Origin: an uncultured Phycisphaerales bacterium
Lineage (GTDB): Bacteria; Planctomycetota; Phycisphaerae; Tepidisphaerales; Tepidisphaeraceae
NCBI GenBank assembly: GCA_963755915.1
Contig: CAVWLP010000002.1
Span: 1,632,001 to 1,696,000, forward strand
Direction of reading: 5' to 3'
Length of the DNA: 64,000 nucleotides
Below the pieces are notes generated by a model that saw only the letters and a list, made by a program, of their open reading frames with translations, made no database searches and was not told the origin of the DNA. A program made the position numbers and the translations under genes. Below are positions 40,123-50,770 of the stretch, piece after piece (the stretch's first letter is position 1; every line of letters starts with the position of its first letter).

Positions 40123-41625
40123 CTACATCGCGACAGTGACGGTTTTTACTTCGGTGTAATTTCGCAGGGCGTATTCGCCCAGTTCGCGGCCGATGCCGCT
40201 CATTTTGAAACCGCCGAAGGGGGCGGCGGCGTCGAAGACGTCGTAGCAGTTGATCCAGACGGTGCCGGCGCGGAGTTCGGCGGCCATGCGATGGGCTTTG
40301 GAGATGTCGCGGGTCCAGACGGCGGCGGCCAGGCCGTAGAAGGATTTGTTGCCACGCTGGATGACTTCGTCGATGTCTTTGAAGGGGATGATGGACATCA
40401 CCGGGCCGAAGATTTCCTCCTGGGCGATGGGCATTTCGTCTTTGACTTTGGTGAAGATGGTGGGCTCGATGAAATAGCCGAGTTTGCCGTGGCGCTGGCC
40501 ACCGGTGACGCACTGGGCGCCGCCGGAGCGGCCGGAGTCGATATAGCCCATGACCTTGTCGAATTGTTCCTGGCTGACCTGGGGGCCCTGCTCGGTGTGG
40601 GGGTCGAAGGGGTCGCCGACTTTTACCTGCTTGACCTTTTTGAGCATGCGCTGGACGAATTCGTCGTGGATTTTGGATTCGACGAAGAGTCGGCTGCCGG
40701 CGCAGCAGCACTGGCCTTGGTTGAAGAAGAGTGCCAAGTGGGAGCCTTCGACGGCGGCGTCGAGATCAGAATCGGCGAAGACGACGTTGGGGCTCTTGCC
40801 GCCGAGTTCGAGGGTGACGCGTTTGAGGTTGGAGCGAGCGGCGGCTTGCATGATGAGCTTGCCGACTTCGGTGCTGCCAGTGAAGGCGACTTTGTCGACG
40901 TCGGGATGTTCGGCGATGGCGGCGCCGGCAGTTTCACCGAAACCGGGGACGACGTTGATGACGCCGTTGGGAAAGCCGGCTTCCATGGCCAGGTCGGCGA
41001 CGCGAAGTGCGGAGAGGGGCGTTTGCTCGGCGGGCTTGAGGATGATGGTGCAGCCGGTGGCGAGGGCGGGGCCCCATTTCCAGGCTTGCATGAGGAGGGG
41101 GAAATTCCAGGGGATGATCTGGCCGACGACGCCGACGGGCTCGTGGCGGGTGTAGCAGAAATAGGGACCGTTGATGGGGATGGTTTTGCCTTCGATTTTG
41201 TCGGCCCAGCCGGCGTAGTAGCGGTAGCAGTCGATGACCAGCGGGAGGTCGGCGGCGCGGCTGTCGCGGATGGGCTTGCCGTTGTCGAGGGTTTCGAGGA
41301 GGGCGAGCTCTTCGAGATTGTCTTCGATGAGGTCGGCGAGCTTGTTGATGAGGCGTCCGCGCTGGCGGGCGTTCATCTTGCGCCAGGGGCCGGAGTCGAA
41401 AGCCTTGCGGGCGGCGCGGACGGCGAGATCGATATCGGCTTTTTCGCCCTCGGCGACGTTGGCGATGACTTTGCCGGTGGCGGGGTTGATGGTTTCGAAG
41501 GTTCGCCCGCTGACGGAGCCGACCCATTTGCCGTCGATCAGCATTTTGGTCTGGCGGATTTTGACGGGGGAGCCGTTCTTCTTGGAATCGTGGGCGTGGG
41601 ACGATTTGAGCGTGGCTGTGGACAT
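40123..41625 (-). CDS. Aldehyde dehydrogenase
   Basis: [43 protein letters not shown]. Confidence 0.96.
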   Translation of the reverse strand: MSTATLKSSHAHDSKKNGSPVKIRQTKMLIDGKWVGSVSGRTFETINPATGKVIANVAEGEKADIDLAVRAARKAFDSGPWRKMNARQRGRLINKLADLIEDNLEELALLETLDNGKPIRDSRAADLPLVIDCYRYYAGWADKIEGKTIPINGPYFCYTRHEPVGVVGQIIPWNFPLLMQAWKWGPALATGCTIILKPAEQTPLSALRVADLAMEAGFPNGVINVVPGFGETAGAAIAEHPDVDKVAFTGSTEVGKLIMQAAARSNLKRVTLELGGKSPNVVFADSDLDAAVEGSHLALFFNQGQCCCAGSRLFVESKIHDEFVQRMLKKVKQVKVGDPFDPHTEQGPQVSQEQFDKVMGYIDSGRSGGAQCVTGGQRHGKLGYFIEPTIFTKVKDEMPIAQEEIFGPVMSIIPFKDIDEVIQRGNKSFYGLAAAVWTRDISKAHRMAAELRAGTVWINCYDVFDAAAPFGGFKMSGIGRELGEYALRNYTEVKTVTVAM

Positions 41626-41972
41626 GGAGACCTCCGCGAAAAGGTTGGATGAGACGGGGATGGTGTCGCGGGGAGCGACATTGTTATCTCTATTGTATGC
41701 GCGGGAGGGGAGGGGGAGAAAGGCGGAGATGCGATTTCCCGACAAAAATCGGAAGCGACCTCGGGTACGGCAAGCGCCGTTTGCCAGCCCTATTCGCGAC
41801 CGAGCTTCAGGGCAACGGGAAGACCCGGGGCCAGACATGAGCGACATGCTTAGAACTCGCAACTGCATTTTTGAATGCCCTTCGTGGATTGCCGTTCAAA
41901 ATGGCCGAAGGCTTGGTATTGTTATGCTGTGAGGGCTGCCAGATTCCAGGCGATAATGCAGATGGCGGAAGC

Positions 41973-43589
41973 ATGACCACGACACGTCTCGGTTGGGTTT
42001 TTATCGCCGGGTTTCTGACATGCATCGCGCTCGGTTTACCCGCAGCATCACAGGGTGCGCCCGAAAATACGTCCAACGGTAACTTCACCGTCGGCCAATG
42101 GGGCATGTACGAAATCGCCCTCCACGGCCCCGCCGGCGGCAACCCGTTCGACGATGTCTCCCTCTTCGCTTCATTCACCTCCGGCTCCAAGACGATCGAC
42201 GCAAACGGCTTTTACGACGGCGACGGCACCTACCGCATCCGCTTCATGCCGATGACACAGGGATCATGGTCGTACGAAACTCACAGCAACATCCCCGCCC
42301 TGGCCGGAAAAACCGGCCATTTCTCCTGCGGCCCGCCCGATCCGGCAAACCATGGCCCCGTTGGCGTCACCAACCATTTTCATTTTGTCTATGCCGACGG
42401 CACCCCCTATTTCGAATGCGGCACTACCGCCTACGAGTGGACCAGCCAGCCCACCACGCGCGAATCCCAAACGCTGCAAACCCTGCGGAACTCTCCCTTC
42501 AACAAAGTGCGCATGTGCGTCTTCCCGTCGGAATTTAAGCCGGACAATATTCCGGCCCGCTGGCCCTTTGAGCCGGCCGATCCAAAATCGGATTACACAA
42601 AATTCAGCACCGACAAGAAGCAGTGGAATTTTGCGCATATCAATCCCGCCTATTTTCGGAACTTTGAGCGGCAGGTTCAGAGCCTTGCCGACGAAGGAAT
42701 TGAAGCCGATGTGATTCTTTTTCACCCCTATGCCAAGACGCTCGGCTTCGCGACGATGCCCGCCGATGCCGACGACCGATACCTACATTATGTCATCGCG
42801 AGACTGGCCGCATATCACAATGTCTGGTGGTCGGCGGCTAACGAATATGACCATCTCCACGCGAAGACAACGGCGGATTGGGATCGTTTCTTTCAGATCA
42901 TCGTCAAAGATGATCCCTACGGACACCTGCGCAGCATTCAACAGGACCGCATCGTTTACAACAAACCCTGGATGACGCACGCCTCCATTCAGGGAACCCC
43001 GCAGCAAAGCGCGGCGAAGAATCGCCGACTATACAACATGCCGATCGTGTTCGATGAGATCAAGTACGAAGGGGACATTCCCCCAGCCTGGGGCCACCTG
43101 CCGGCGGAAGACATGGTGGATCGATTCTGGACCGCCACGGTCCTCGGCGTCTATGCCGGCCACGGCGAGACATTCATGAAAAATGGGTGGACCGGCGTCG
43201 GGGGCGTGCTCATCGGGAAAAGCCCGGCACGACTCGCGTTCTATCGCCAGATCATGCAGAGCAGCCCGCCGGAGGGAATCGAACCGATCGATGAGAGCGA
43301 CGAAGCCACCGTCGGCGGTAAAATCGGCGCGTTTTATTTCGTCTACTTCGGGCGCCATCAACCCCCGAAAAATTGGGTCCTCAAGTTACCCGCCAGGGGC
43401 CTGACGCCCGGCACACAATTGCACGTCGATGTCATCGATACCTGGAACATGACGATAGCGCCGGTGAATCAGGTCTTCACCATGAGCAGCTTAATGGGCA
43501 ATGATCTCACGGCAGAAAATAACACGATCGTTTCGATGCCGAATCAACCTGCGATTTTGCTCCGCGTAACAAAAGTTTCATCGAAGTAA
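41973..43589 (+). CDS. Secreted DUF5060/DUF4038/DUF5605-type putative glycoside hydrolase
   Basis: Signal peptide; GFYDGDGTY.IRFMP, GTTAY, PFNKVRM, WWSAANEYD, DEIKYEG, IDTWNMT. Confidence 0.8.
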   Translation: MTTTRLGWVFIAGFLTCIALGLPAASQGAPENTSNGNFTVGQWGMYEIALHGPAGGNPFDDVSLFASFTSGSKTIDANGFYDGDGTYRIRFMPMTQGSWSYETHSNIPALAGKTGHFSCGPPDPANHGPVGVTNHFHFVYADGTPYFECGTTAYEWTSQPTTRESQTLQTLRNSPFNKVRMCVFPSEFKPDNIPARWPFEPADPKSDYTKFSTDKKQWNFAHINPAYFRNFERQVQSLADEGIEADVILFHPYAKTLGFATMPADADDRYLHYVIARLAAYHNVWWSAANEYDHLHAKTTADWDRFFQIIVKDDPYGHLRSIQQDRIVYNKPWMTHASIQGTPQQSAAKNRRLYNMPIVFDEIKYEGDIPPAWGHLPAEDMVDRFWTATVLGVYAGHGETFMKNGWTGVGGVLIGKSPARLAFYRQIMQSSPPEGIEPIDESDEATVGGKIGAFYFVYFGRHQPPKNWVLKLPARGLTPGTQLHVDVIDTWNMTIAPVNQVFTMSSLMGNDLTAENNTIVSMPNQPAILLRVTKVSSK

Positions 43590-43629
43590 TGGTTTAGTAT
43601 GCCTAGAGTTTTCTGAAAGAATTGCTTAT

Positions 43630-44022
43630 TTATCGTCCGTGGGTCAATGCGGCGGTCAAAACGGCTACGGCAATATCTCGGCCAGTCTTTCCTAGCTCTT
43701 TGAGCGATGCGACGGTTATCTTTCGAGCAATCCCAGGTTGAGCTTCAAGCTCCCGCATAAAATTCTCTCCCTTGCCGGTCAGCCAGACGCCAATGATTCG
43801 ATGCTTTTGTCCCGTCTGCATCGTCGAAACATCTATCGTCTTAATCCCAGCTAGATCGTGTTCAACGAGATAGCTGATGTGCTTTACGAAATTTGGATCG
43901 TCCAATTTAAGGGCTTGCATAATCTCCTTTGGCTCAAATCGGCCGTGTTCGCCAAATGCTTTCGCGCACTCGTGGAGATAAGCGAGGATACTCAATTCAT
44001 CGTCATTGATGTTGGCGTTCAT
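43630..44022 (-). CDS. Hypothetical protein, possible winged helix
   Basis: ILAYL...HISYLVEHDL...LTGKGE pattern; low GC. Confidence 0.55.
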   Translation of the reverse strand: MNANINDDELSILAYLHECAKAFGEHGRFEPKEIMQALKLDDPNFVKHISYLVEHDLAGIKTIDVSTMQTGQKHRIIGVWLTGKGENFMRELEAQPGIARKITVASLKELGKTGRDIAVAVLTAALTHGR

Positions 44023-44448
44023 TTGAAACCGTAAAACAATTTGATGCTCTTTAAGACGATTGCGATCGGGGCGCGAAACATGCTGGAGACCATGTTCAGC
44101 CAAAATTCATGGCCATCAAATCTCGTCGGATTCGTCAAATGCAGGCTTGCCGCCTCAAGGGCTATAAAAATTATTGAGCCGTGTTCTCGTTTACGAGCTA
44201 GATTTGAAAGAGCAATCTCAGCCAAATCTGCGTTCTCAAAACAAAGTTCGATCAAGGCTCCGCGAGTATTACGAGCGGCAATTTGAAGCTTACCCTTGTC
44301 CCTTAGCCCGCGCGAATAATCTCGGTATTTGTTCCCCGTCTTGTCTCTTGGAAAAAGTAAATGTTTGAGTTCACGGACACGTTCGCCGCATTCCGTTGCG
44401 GTATACACCGAAGTGACCTTCCCCACGTTCGGTGGCGCGGCCAAATCG

Positions 44449-45309
44449 TCAGTTCAGGCTGGCCTCGAACGCTTCGGGGCTTTGGTAGCCTATCGCCGAG
44501 TGACGTCTCTGGCGATTGTAAAACACTTCAATGTACTCAAAGATCGAACGCCGAGCCTCCGCTTGCGTTGCGTAGTGCTCGTGATAAATGAGCTCCGTCT
44601 TCAGCGTGCTGAAAAAGCTCTCCATCACCGCGTTGTCGTAGCAATTGCCGGTGCGGCTCATGCTCCGCTCCATCCCATGCTCCGCCAGCATCTGTCGATA
44701 AGTCTCGCAGGCGTATTGGACACCGCGATCGGAGTGGTGCAGCAAACCTCGCTCCGGTCGGCGATGTGTCAGCGCCATCGATATCGCTTCCAGACACAGC
44801 TCACTTCGCAGATGATCGGCCATCGACCAGCCGACTATTTTCCGACTGCACAGGTCGATCACGGCCGCCAGGTATAGGAATCCTTCATCCGTCGGAACGT
44901 AGGTGATGTCGCAGCACCACTTGCGGTTGGGCGCCTCAGTTGCGAACTGGCGGTCCAGCACATTGGCCGCGACCGGCTCATCGTGATTCGAATCGGTGGT
45001 ATGGACGACGAATCGCCGGCGAATCCGCGATTGCAATCCGGCCTGTTTCATCAGACGCGCCACCGTGTTCACGCAGACGCTCACCTGCCGATCCGCCAGC
45101 TCCGCGTGCACCCGCGGGCTGCCGTAGGTATAGCGACTCTCCTCATGAACCTCGCGGATCTTCTCAGTCAGCTCTTCCCGGCGCTTGTGCCGCGGGCTGG
45201 CTGGACGTTTCAGCCAGGCGTAATACCCGCTGCGGCTGACTTCCAGCGCATCGCACAATGCGGCCAGATCGAACGGGTCCCAATGTTCTTTGATCCAGGC
45301 GAATCTCAT
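44449..45309 (-). CDS. IS3 transposase OrfB (DDE)
   Basis: YGSPRV, WCCDITY, HHSDRGVQY, GNCYDNA.MESFF. Confidence 0.95.
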   Translation of the reverse strand: MRFAWIKEHWDPFDLAALCDALEVSRSGYYAWLKRPASPRHKRREELTEKIREVHEESRYTYGSPRVHAELADRQVSVCVNTVARLMKQAGLQSRIRRRFVVHTTDSNHDEPVAANVLDRQFATEAPNRKWCCDITYVPTDEGFLYLAAVIDLCSRKIVGWSMADHLRSELCLEAISMALTHRRPERGLLHHSDRGVQYACETYRQMLAEHGMERSMSRTGNCYDNAVMESFFSTLKTELIYHEHYATQAEARRSIFEYIEVFYNRQRRHSAIGYQSPEAFEASLN

Positions 45310-45608
45310 GGGTTCTGGCTGGCGAAGTAGGCCGTCGCTTTTTTTAAAATCTCCTTCTCGGTTTCGACCCGCCGCAATTGCTTTTGCAACTCGCGGATGC
45401 GGGCCTTGAGCAGCGTCGGATCGTTGGTGTCTGGAAACGCGGGCTCCTCAGCCGCGGGCTTGATCAGTCCACGTTTTTTCATCCAGTGATGCACGATGTG
45501 CACCGGAAGGCCCAGTTCCTGGGCCGCTTTCCTTTGTGTGTAGCCTTGATCGGTGACGAGTTTGCAGGCTTCGTCCTGAAACTCCCTGGAATAATGTTTG
45601 CGTCCCAT
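45306..45608 (-). CDS. IS3 transposase OrfA (HTH)
   Basis: YSREF...A..L.....EKEILKKA..YFA. Confidence 0.92.
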   Translation of the reverse strand: MGRKHYSREFQDEACKLVTDQGYTQRKAAQELGLPVHIVHHWMKKRGLIKPAAEEPAFPDTNDPTLLKARIRELQKQLRRVETEKEILKKATAYFASQNP

Positions 45609-45812
45609 GGCAATTCGCTCCTTCAGCCGGATTATCCGGCTTCAGGCCGCGCCCACCAAACGTGGGGAAGGTCAAAGCAATGGCTGACATTGAACCTCCC
45701 TATTCTATGGGATGTTACCAGAATAGCTGGTACGAAAAAAAATGTACGGGATTTTCTCCGAGGCGCGTTCCGTTTGAGGGATATCCAGGCTAGAAAAGGA
45801 ACTAAGCGCTGA

Positions 45813-46511
45813 CTAACGCGCCGATTTTGAACAGGGCGTTACGAGACAACCGGTTAATTTCCCAAATTCTTTAATAAAGCTATCGGTAAACTGGCTCATC
45901 ACGGGAACCCAAACGAGTTGTGGTACTCTATTCGAGGTCGGAGCTGCGAGCCGTTGAAGCTGGGTAATTACTCCGATCAGATATCCATTGGAAGTAAATA
46001 CCGGGCTGCCGCTAAAACCTTCCTCGGCGAATCCTGCCGAGAGCGCCCAGTGATATTTCTTCGTTGTAAATGAGATACTCGCGTTGGCAAAGAATGACCG
46101 ACTGCTGTTCTGTTCGAGAAATATAGTACCAAAGTAACCAATGTTTAGACCCCAACTAACTCTTGAACCTCCAAGGTTCGGGAACTGTATCGCCGCTTCC
46201 GCGTTCGCAACATCATCAATTTGTTCGCTGAATTTCAGTACCGAAATATCGAGCTCATTGGAGCTGTAAATCTCCTCGCAAATCCAGCGCCCTCGATCAT
46301 TGACAACCGCTGGTATAGCAACGCTGGCAACATGCTTCGCGGTAATCACTAGATCATGCCCAATCTGACATCCGATTCCCGCGGTAAGGATTTTGTCGTT
46401 CGCTCGTTTGTCGCCTATCACACAAATATAAGGGTGAATTGCATCACAGGCGTCTTGAAACATGCATTGATTATCGGCATACCGGCAAAACTGGCATAAG
46501 CCGATATCCAT
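45813..46511 (-). CDS. Trypsin-like serine protease
   Basis: ITAKHV, LDISVL, GFSGSPV catalytic triad; start uncertain. Confidence 0.8.
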   Translation of the reverse strand: MDIGLCQFCRYADNQCMFQDACDAIHPYICVIGDKRANDKILTAGIGCQIGHDLVITAKHVASVAIPAVVNDRGRWICEEIYSSNELDISVLKFSEQIDDVANAEAAIQFPNLGGSRVSWGLNIGYFGTIFLEQNSSRSFFANASISFTTKKYHWALSAGFAEEGFSGSPVFTSNGYLIGVITQLQRLAAPTSNRVPQLVWVPVMSQFTDSFIKEFGKLTGCLVTPCSKSAR

Positions 46512-46857
46512 CTAAAAGCCCAGGTTAAGCTGCATCAAACCATCAACCGGATTGTCTTGCCGATCTAAACTTTCCAGAAGTCAGCCCATCTTTTTTGACG
46601 TAGTCTTATGAATTCCAAAACTCCAGGTGGTTCAGATATTAAGCATGGAAATGCCTTGCGATTGATATCTGGAGTCGAATCGAGCCAGCGGGATTTCAAG
46701 GTCAATCCCCCGGCTCAGCGAGAATCCCTGATCGCCCGCGCCACGGATCGGCGTTTTCTGCAAGGCTACAATCGCATACACGATATGTCAATCGCCCCCA
46801 AAAAGAGCGATTTTGGCTTACCTGGATCACCCAAACCATCCAGTTTGTTGCGGAGTG

Positions 46858-49608
46858 TCAAGTTTTGTATTGGAGTCCCCGCCGGCGAATCATCAGCAAA
46901 CTCCCGGCGCATGCGAGCGCTGCCAGAGAAGTCGGCTCCGGCACATCCGCCATCAAACCGTTCACCGCCGCAAATGCGTCCAGGGCGACAAAATCGGCGG
47001 GGGTGACGTCAACCGCGGCGCCGCTGTCGCCCTGGCCGAAGTTCGCGGCGAGGGCGCTGAAATCAGAGCCATTGACGGAGGAGCCAAAGAGGAAATTTCC
47101 CTGGTCCCAGTTGGTGGCGCCGGTGCCGAAGTTGGCGGCGAGGATGCTGAAGTCACTGCCGTTGACAGTGCCGTCGAGATTGGCGTCACCAAGCAATGTG
47201 TATTTCAGTTCGATTTGGCCGGAGGAGAGATTGCTGACAACGCCGTCGTTTCCGTCGGCGAAGCCGACGCCGTAATTGAGGCCGTTGGTGGGAGACTGCG
47301 CCGTGGAGGAGATGATGCCGGGGCCATTCCATGAGCCGTTGTTGAAGCCAGATTTTAAATAACCGTAGATCGTGCTCATCGGATCGCTGGCGGCGTAGGT
47401 GATGAAGATGTGGTTGTTTGTGATGTCGAAGACGCCGTTGCCGGTGATGGAGAGGGGGCCTTCCGCGAAAGCGGTGGGGGATTTGATTTGGAGCAGGCCG
47501 GCAGTGACGGTGGTTCCACCAGTGTAGGAATTTGCGCCGCCGAGGATGAGGGTTCCGGGTCCGGATTTTGTGAGGGATCCGCCCAGGCCGCCGGCGATGC
47601 CGCCATCGACGAGATCGCCGTTGAATGTGGTGGCGCCGGAGATGTTTACGGTGAGGGTGTTTGCGCCGAGGTGGACGGTGCCGGTCGTATCGCCGCTGAG
47701 GGAGGCAATGGTTTGGTTGCCGGATTGGGAGATGTCGAGATTGGGGGAGCCGACGGTGACGAAGTTGGTGTTGGAGGAGCTGTATGGGGCGGCGACCAGC
47801 GCGGAGCGGGCGGAACTCGTGAGGGTTTGAAGGGTGACGCCGGAGGAAGAGGCGAGGGATGCGCCCGAGGCGAGGGCGAGGGTTCCACCGTCGATCGTGG
47901 TTGCGCCTGTGTAGGAGATATTGGGGCCGAGGGTGGTGGTGTCGGCGCCGGTTTGGATGAGTTGTCCTGAGCCGCTGAGATTGGAGAGGAGCGTGGGTTT
48001 GACGTTGTCGACGATGATGGTGCCGTTGTTGACGGTCTGGCAGGCGGTGGTGCCGGTGGAAGTGGAGGAGTGGCCCAATTCACCGGTGGTGTCGGTGACG
48101 GAGACGGTTTGGCCGGACTGCATGATGTCGCCATCGCCGGCGGAGGTTTGGTAGGAGATTTCACCGGAGGTGGTTTGGGTGTCGCCGGTGGTTCCGTCGC
48201 CAAGCTGGAGGGTTGCGGCGGAGTCGATCTGGGTGACGCCGTCGTAATACTGCTGCTGGGTGACGACGATGTGTCCCTGGTGAAATAGGACCGTGCCCGT
48301 TCCGGCAGAGGCGAGCGATTCCTGCGTATCGGAGTTCCCACTCGGTCCGCCGGCGATGATGGTGTTGACGTAGGTGGGGCCGGAGTTGCTGTAGTCGAGT
48401 GAGAGGATGCTGTCTTGTTCGAGGGAGATGTAGGTGGTGAGGGGGTTGCCGGGGAGGAAGAAGTTGGTGGAGGTTCCGTTGCCGAGCTGGAGGACTGCGC
48501 CGGCGGGATTGGAGCTGCCGGTTCCGGCGCTGATGCCGATGTTGAGCCCGCGGCGGTTGTCGATGACGCCGAGCTCGTTGGTAAAATTGTCCTGGGGATT
48601 GGAGAGGGTGGGGTCCATCTGGGCGGCGGGGTCGTTGCCGTTGTTAGAGTTGTCGGTGTAGGTGTTGACGCCGGCGAGGACGACGAGGCCTCCGAAGCCG
48701 TCGATGTTGATGTCGTTGCCGAAATGGTTTTCGTAGATGTTCTGGGTGATGGTCATCGTTTCGTTGGCGGGCGTGTTGTAAGGCGTGTCGAGGATGAAGG
48801 TGCCGTTGTTGAAGATGGTGCTGGCGTCGGGGACGGAGCCGATGATGTGATCGGAGCCGAGGATGCCGGTCATGTTGTTTTCGATGAGGAGGGGTCCGGA
48901 GAAGGTGTTGGCGTTGTAGAGCTGGAGGATGCCGGCCTGGATGACGACAGCACCGCTGCCGGAGATTTGCCCATCGACCTGGGTGGTGGCGAAGGAGTTG
49001 CTGCCCTGGTAGGTGAGGGTTCCGTTGTCCTCGATGTTGTCGAGGTTCATGCCGGAGGAGTTGGGGTTGGTGACGTTTCCGAGGGTGACGGTTCCGCTGC
49101 CGGTGTGGAGGTTGGTGTTGGTTCCGAGCTGGACGTCGACGCCGGAGTCGATGATGAGGGCGGGCGCGTCGGGCTGTCCGGAGGTGCCGTCGTTGAGGGT
49201 GTAGATCGGGCCGTTGAATCCGCCGGTGTCGGTACCGTCGGGCGGGGAGATTAGCGTGGTGTATCCCTCGTAACTGTAGAATTGCTTGTTATTACTATTG
49301 ACGAAAAATTCGCTGACGGTTTCGGTGACGGTGGGGAGGGTATAGGTGTTGATGTTGTTGAGGGTGAGGGTGCCGTTGCCTTCGGCTTCGAGGGTTCCGT
49401 CGCCGGACATGACGCCGGTATAGGTGATGGGGGAGCTGGAGGCGGTGGTGACGGTGTAGCTGCCGCCGGTCATGGAGTAGTTGGAGTTGGCCTGGAGGGT
49501 GGCGGTGATGTTTTGGGCGAAGGCAGCGGCGGGGCAGGCGGCAAGCAGGAGAATCGACCTGGGGACTCGGCGATTACGGATGGTGCCGATTCGACGTCGC
49601 GATTTCAT
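46858..49608 (-). CDS. PEP-CTERM surface protein with autotransporter-associated beta-strand repeats and a dockerin-like domain
   Basis: Signal peptide; LTKSGPGTLILGGANSYTGGT; GDANLDGTVN; VPEP-TM-RRR. Confidence 0.9.
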   Translation of the reverse strand: MKSRRRIGTIRNRRVPRSILLLAACPAAAFAQNITATLQANSNYSMTGGSYTVTTASSSPITYTGVMSGDGTLEAEGNGTLTLNNINTYTLPTVTETVSEFFVNSNNKQFYSYEGYTTLISPPDGTDTGGFNGPIYTLNDGTSGQPDAPALIIDSGVDVQLGTNTNLHTGSGTVTLGNVTNPNSSGMNLDNIEDNGTLTYQGSNSFATTQVDGQISGSGAVVIQAGILQLYNANTFSGPLLIENNMTGILGSDHIIGSVPDASTIFNNGTFILDTPYNTPANETMTITQNIYENHFGNDINIDGFGGLVVLAGVNTYTDNSNNGNDPAAQMDPTLSNPQDNFTNELGVIDNRRGLNIGISAGTGSSNPAGAVLQLGNGTSTNFFLPGNPLTTYISLEQDSILSLDYSNSGPTYVNTIIAGGPSGNSDTQESLASAGTGTVLFHQGHIVVTQQQYYDGVTQIDSAATLQLGDGTTGDTQTTSGEISYQTSAGDGDIMQSGQTVSVTDTTGELGHSSTSTGTTACQTVNNGTIIVDNVKPTLLSNLSGSGQLIQTGADTTTLGPNISYTGATTIDGGTLALASGASLASSSGVTLQTLTSSARSALVAAPYSSSNTNFVTVGSPNLDISQSGNQTIASLSGDTTGTVHLGANTLTVNISGATTFNGDLVDGGIAGGLGGSLTKSGPGTLILGGANSYTGGTTVTAGLLQIKSPTAFAEGPLSITGNGVFDITNNHIFITYAASDPMSTIYGYLKSGFNNGSWNGPGIISSTAQSPTNGLNYGVGFADGNDGVVSNLSSGQIELKYTLLGDANLDGTVNGSDFSILAANFGTGATNWDQGNFLFGSSVNGSDFSALAANFGQGDSGAAVDVTPADFVALDAFAAVNGLMADVPEPTSLAALACAGSLLMIRRRGLQYKT

Positions 49609-49644
49609 CCCGTCCTCCTCAGTCTCCGCCGACTGAAACAAATA

Positions 49645-50709
49645 TTACGTCGCAGCAATGACCCGCCTCGCCTGCTTCGCCGCCGGCCCGGTGGTAACTG
49701 TGATCGGCCGGTGGCAGGAGTATTGAGCCAATTCAGGGGTTACCGCCCAGCGTAGCGGTTCATTTCGCACAAATCGCTCGAGCTCTTCGACCATAAACCG
49801 CCCCATGCGGCGGCATTCGTCGCCCACGGACCCGGCAATGTGCGGCGTTAGTACGACGTTGGGAAGCTCGAAGAGCGGCGAGCGCGGATCGATCGGCTCG
49901 GCTTCGGTGACGTCCAGAACCGCCTGGAGATCGGGCCGCGCTTCGAGCGCTTCGTACATCTCCTTCTCACGAACGACGGCGCCGCGCGCCGTGTTGATGA
50001 AGGTCGCGCCGCCCTTCAAGCGGCTAAAGTGGGGCGCTCCGATCATCCCGATGGTTTCGGAAAGCTGTGGTGTGTGGAGGGAGACGACGTCGGCGCGGTC
50101 GAAGATTTCGTCGAGGGAAACAAGTTTCACACCCAGCATTCGCGCCGTTTCGGGCGAGACGTAAGGGTCATACGCCAGAATGTTCAGGTCGAATGATCGA
50201 AGCAATTCCGCCAGGGTTCGGGCGATGACGCCCAGCGAGATCAGTCCGACGGTGCTTCGATAGCACCCGAAGGCGGTGTTTCGGTCTGGGGCGTGGGGGA
50301 AATTGCGCAGCTCGCGCATCATCCGCCAGCCGTGCTTGAGGGAGAAGAGGATCATGGCAAGCGTGTACTCGGCGACGGGGATGGCGTTGGCCGCGTAGGC
50401 GCTGGTGACGATCACGCCGCGGTTCCACGCCGCGTCGGTCACAAAATTTCCGGTAGAGCCGGCCGCATAGAAGACGACCCGAAGCTGCGGCGCCGCGGCG
50501 AGGAACCGCTCGTCCAGCACCGGGGCCTTCCAGCCGGAGAAGATGACCTGAACGCTGGAAAGCAGGTCCATCCGCTGCGCGATGGAGTGAACGGTCTGTG
50601 GCGGGGCGACGAAGTCGACGTAGCGGGCGATTGTGTGCCGCTCGTCGGGTCCGTACGCCATCTCATAGGCCTCTTCGTCGAGGATGAAGAGGCCGCGCAG
50701 CTTTTCCAT
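49645..50709 (-). CDS. D-2-hydroxyacid dehydrogenase family protein
   Basis: SLGVIA, AYDP, FINTARG, LDVT, TPHIAG. Confidence 0.92.
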   Translation of the reverse strand: MEKLRGLFILDEEAYEMAYGPDERHTIARYVDFVAPPQTVHSIAQRMDLLSSVQVIFSGWKAPVLDERFLAAAPQLRVVFYAAGSTGNFVTDAAWNRGVIVTSAYAANAIPVAEYTLAMILFSLKHGWRMMRELRNFPHAPDRNTAFGCYRSTVGLISLGVIARTLAELLRSFDLNILAYDPYVSPETARMLGVKLVSLDEIFDRADVVSLHTPQLSETIGMIGAPHFSRLKGGATFINTARGAVVREKEMYEALEARPDLQAVLDVTEAEPIDPRSPLFELPNVVLTPHIAGSVGDECRRMGRFMVEELERFVRNEPLRWAVTPELAQYSCHRPITVTTGPAAKQARRVIAAT

Positions 50710-50770
50710 AACTACCTCAGTCGGGCCAGGCGGCGGACGGGGTGTACGACGCCTGTCCTTGAACAGCAGT

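Larger units (their letters stand above)
44414..45674 (-). mobile_element. IS3-family insertion sequence (1261 bp, 3-bp target duplication AAG)
   Basis: Inverted repeats TGACCTTCCCCACGTT(C/T)GGTGG; AAG at 44411-44413 and 45675-45677; A7G slippery site at 45338-45345. Confidence 0.95.
44019..45690 (-). pseudogene. Hypothetical gene split at codon 6 by IS3
   Basis: GGGAGG RBS; removing the IS restores MSAIA-SVYTATECGE...YGFK in frame. Confidence 0.75.
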
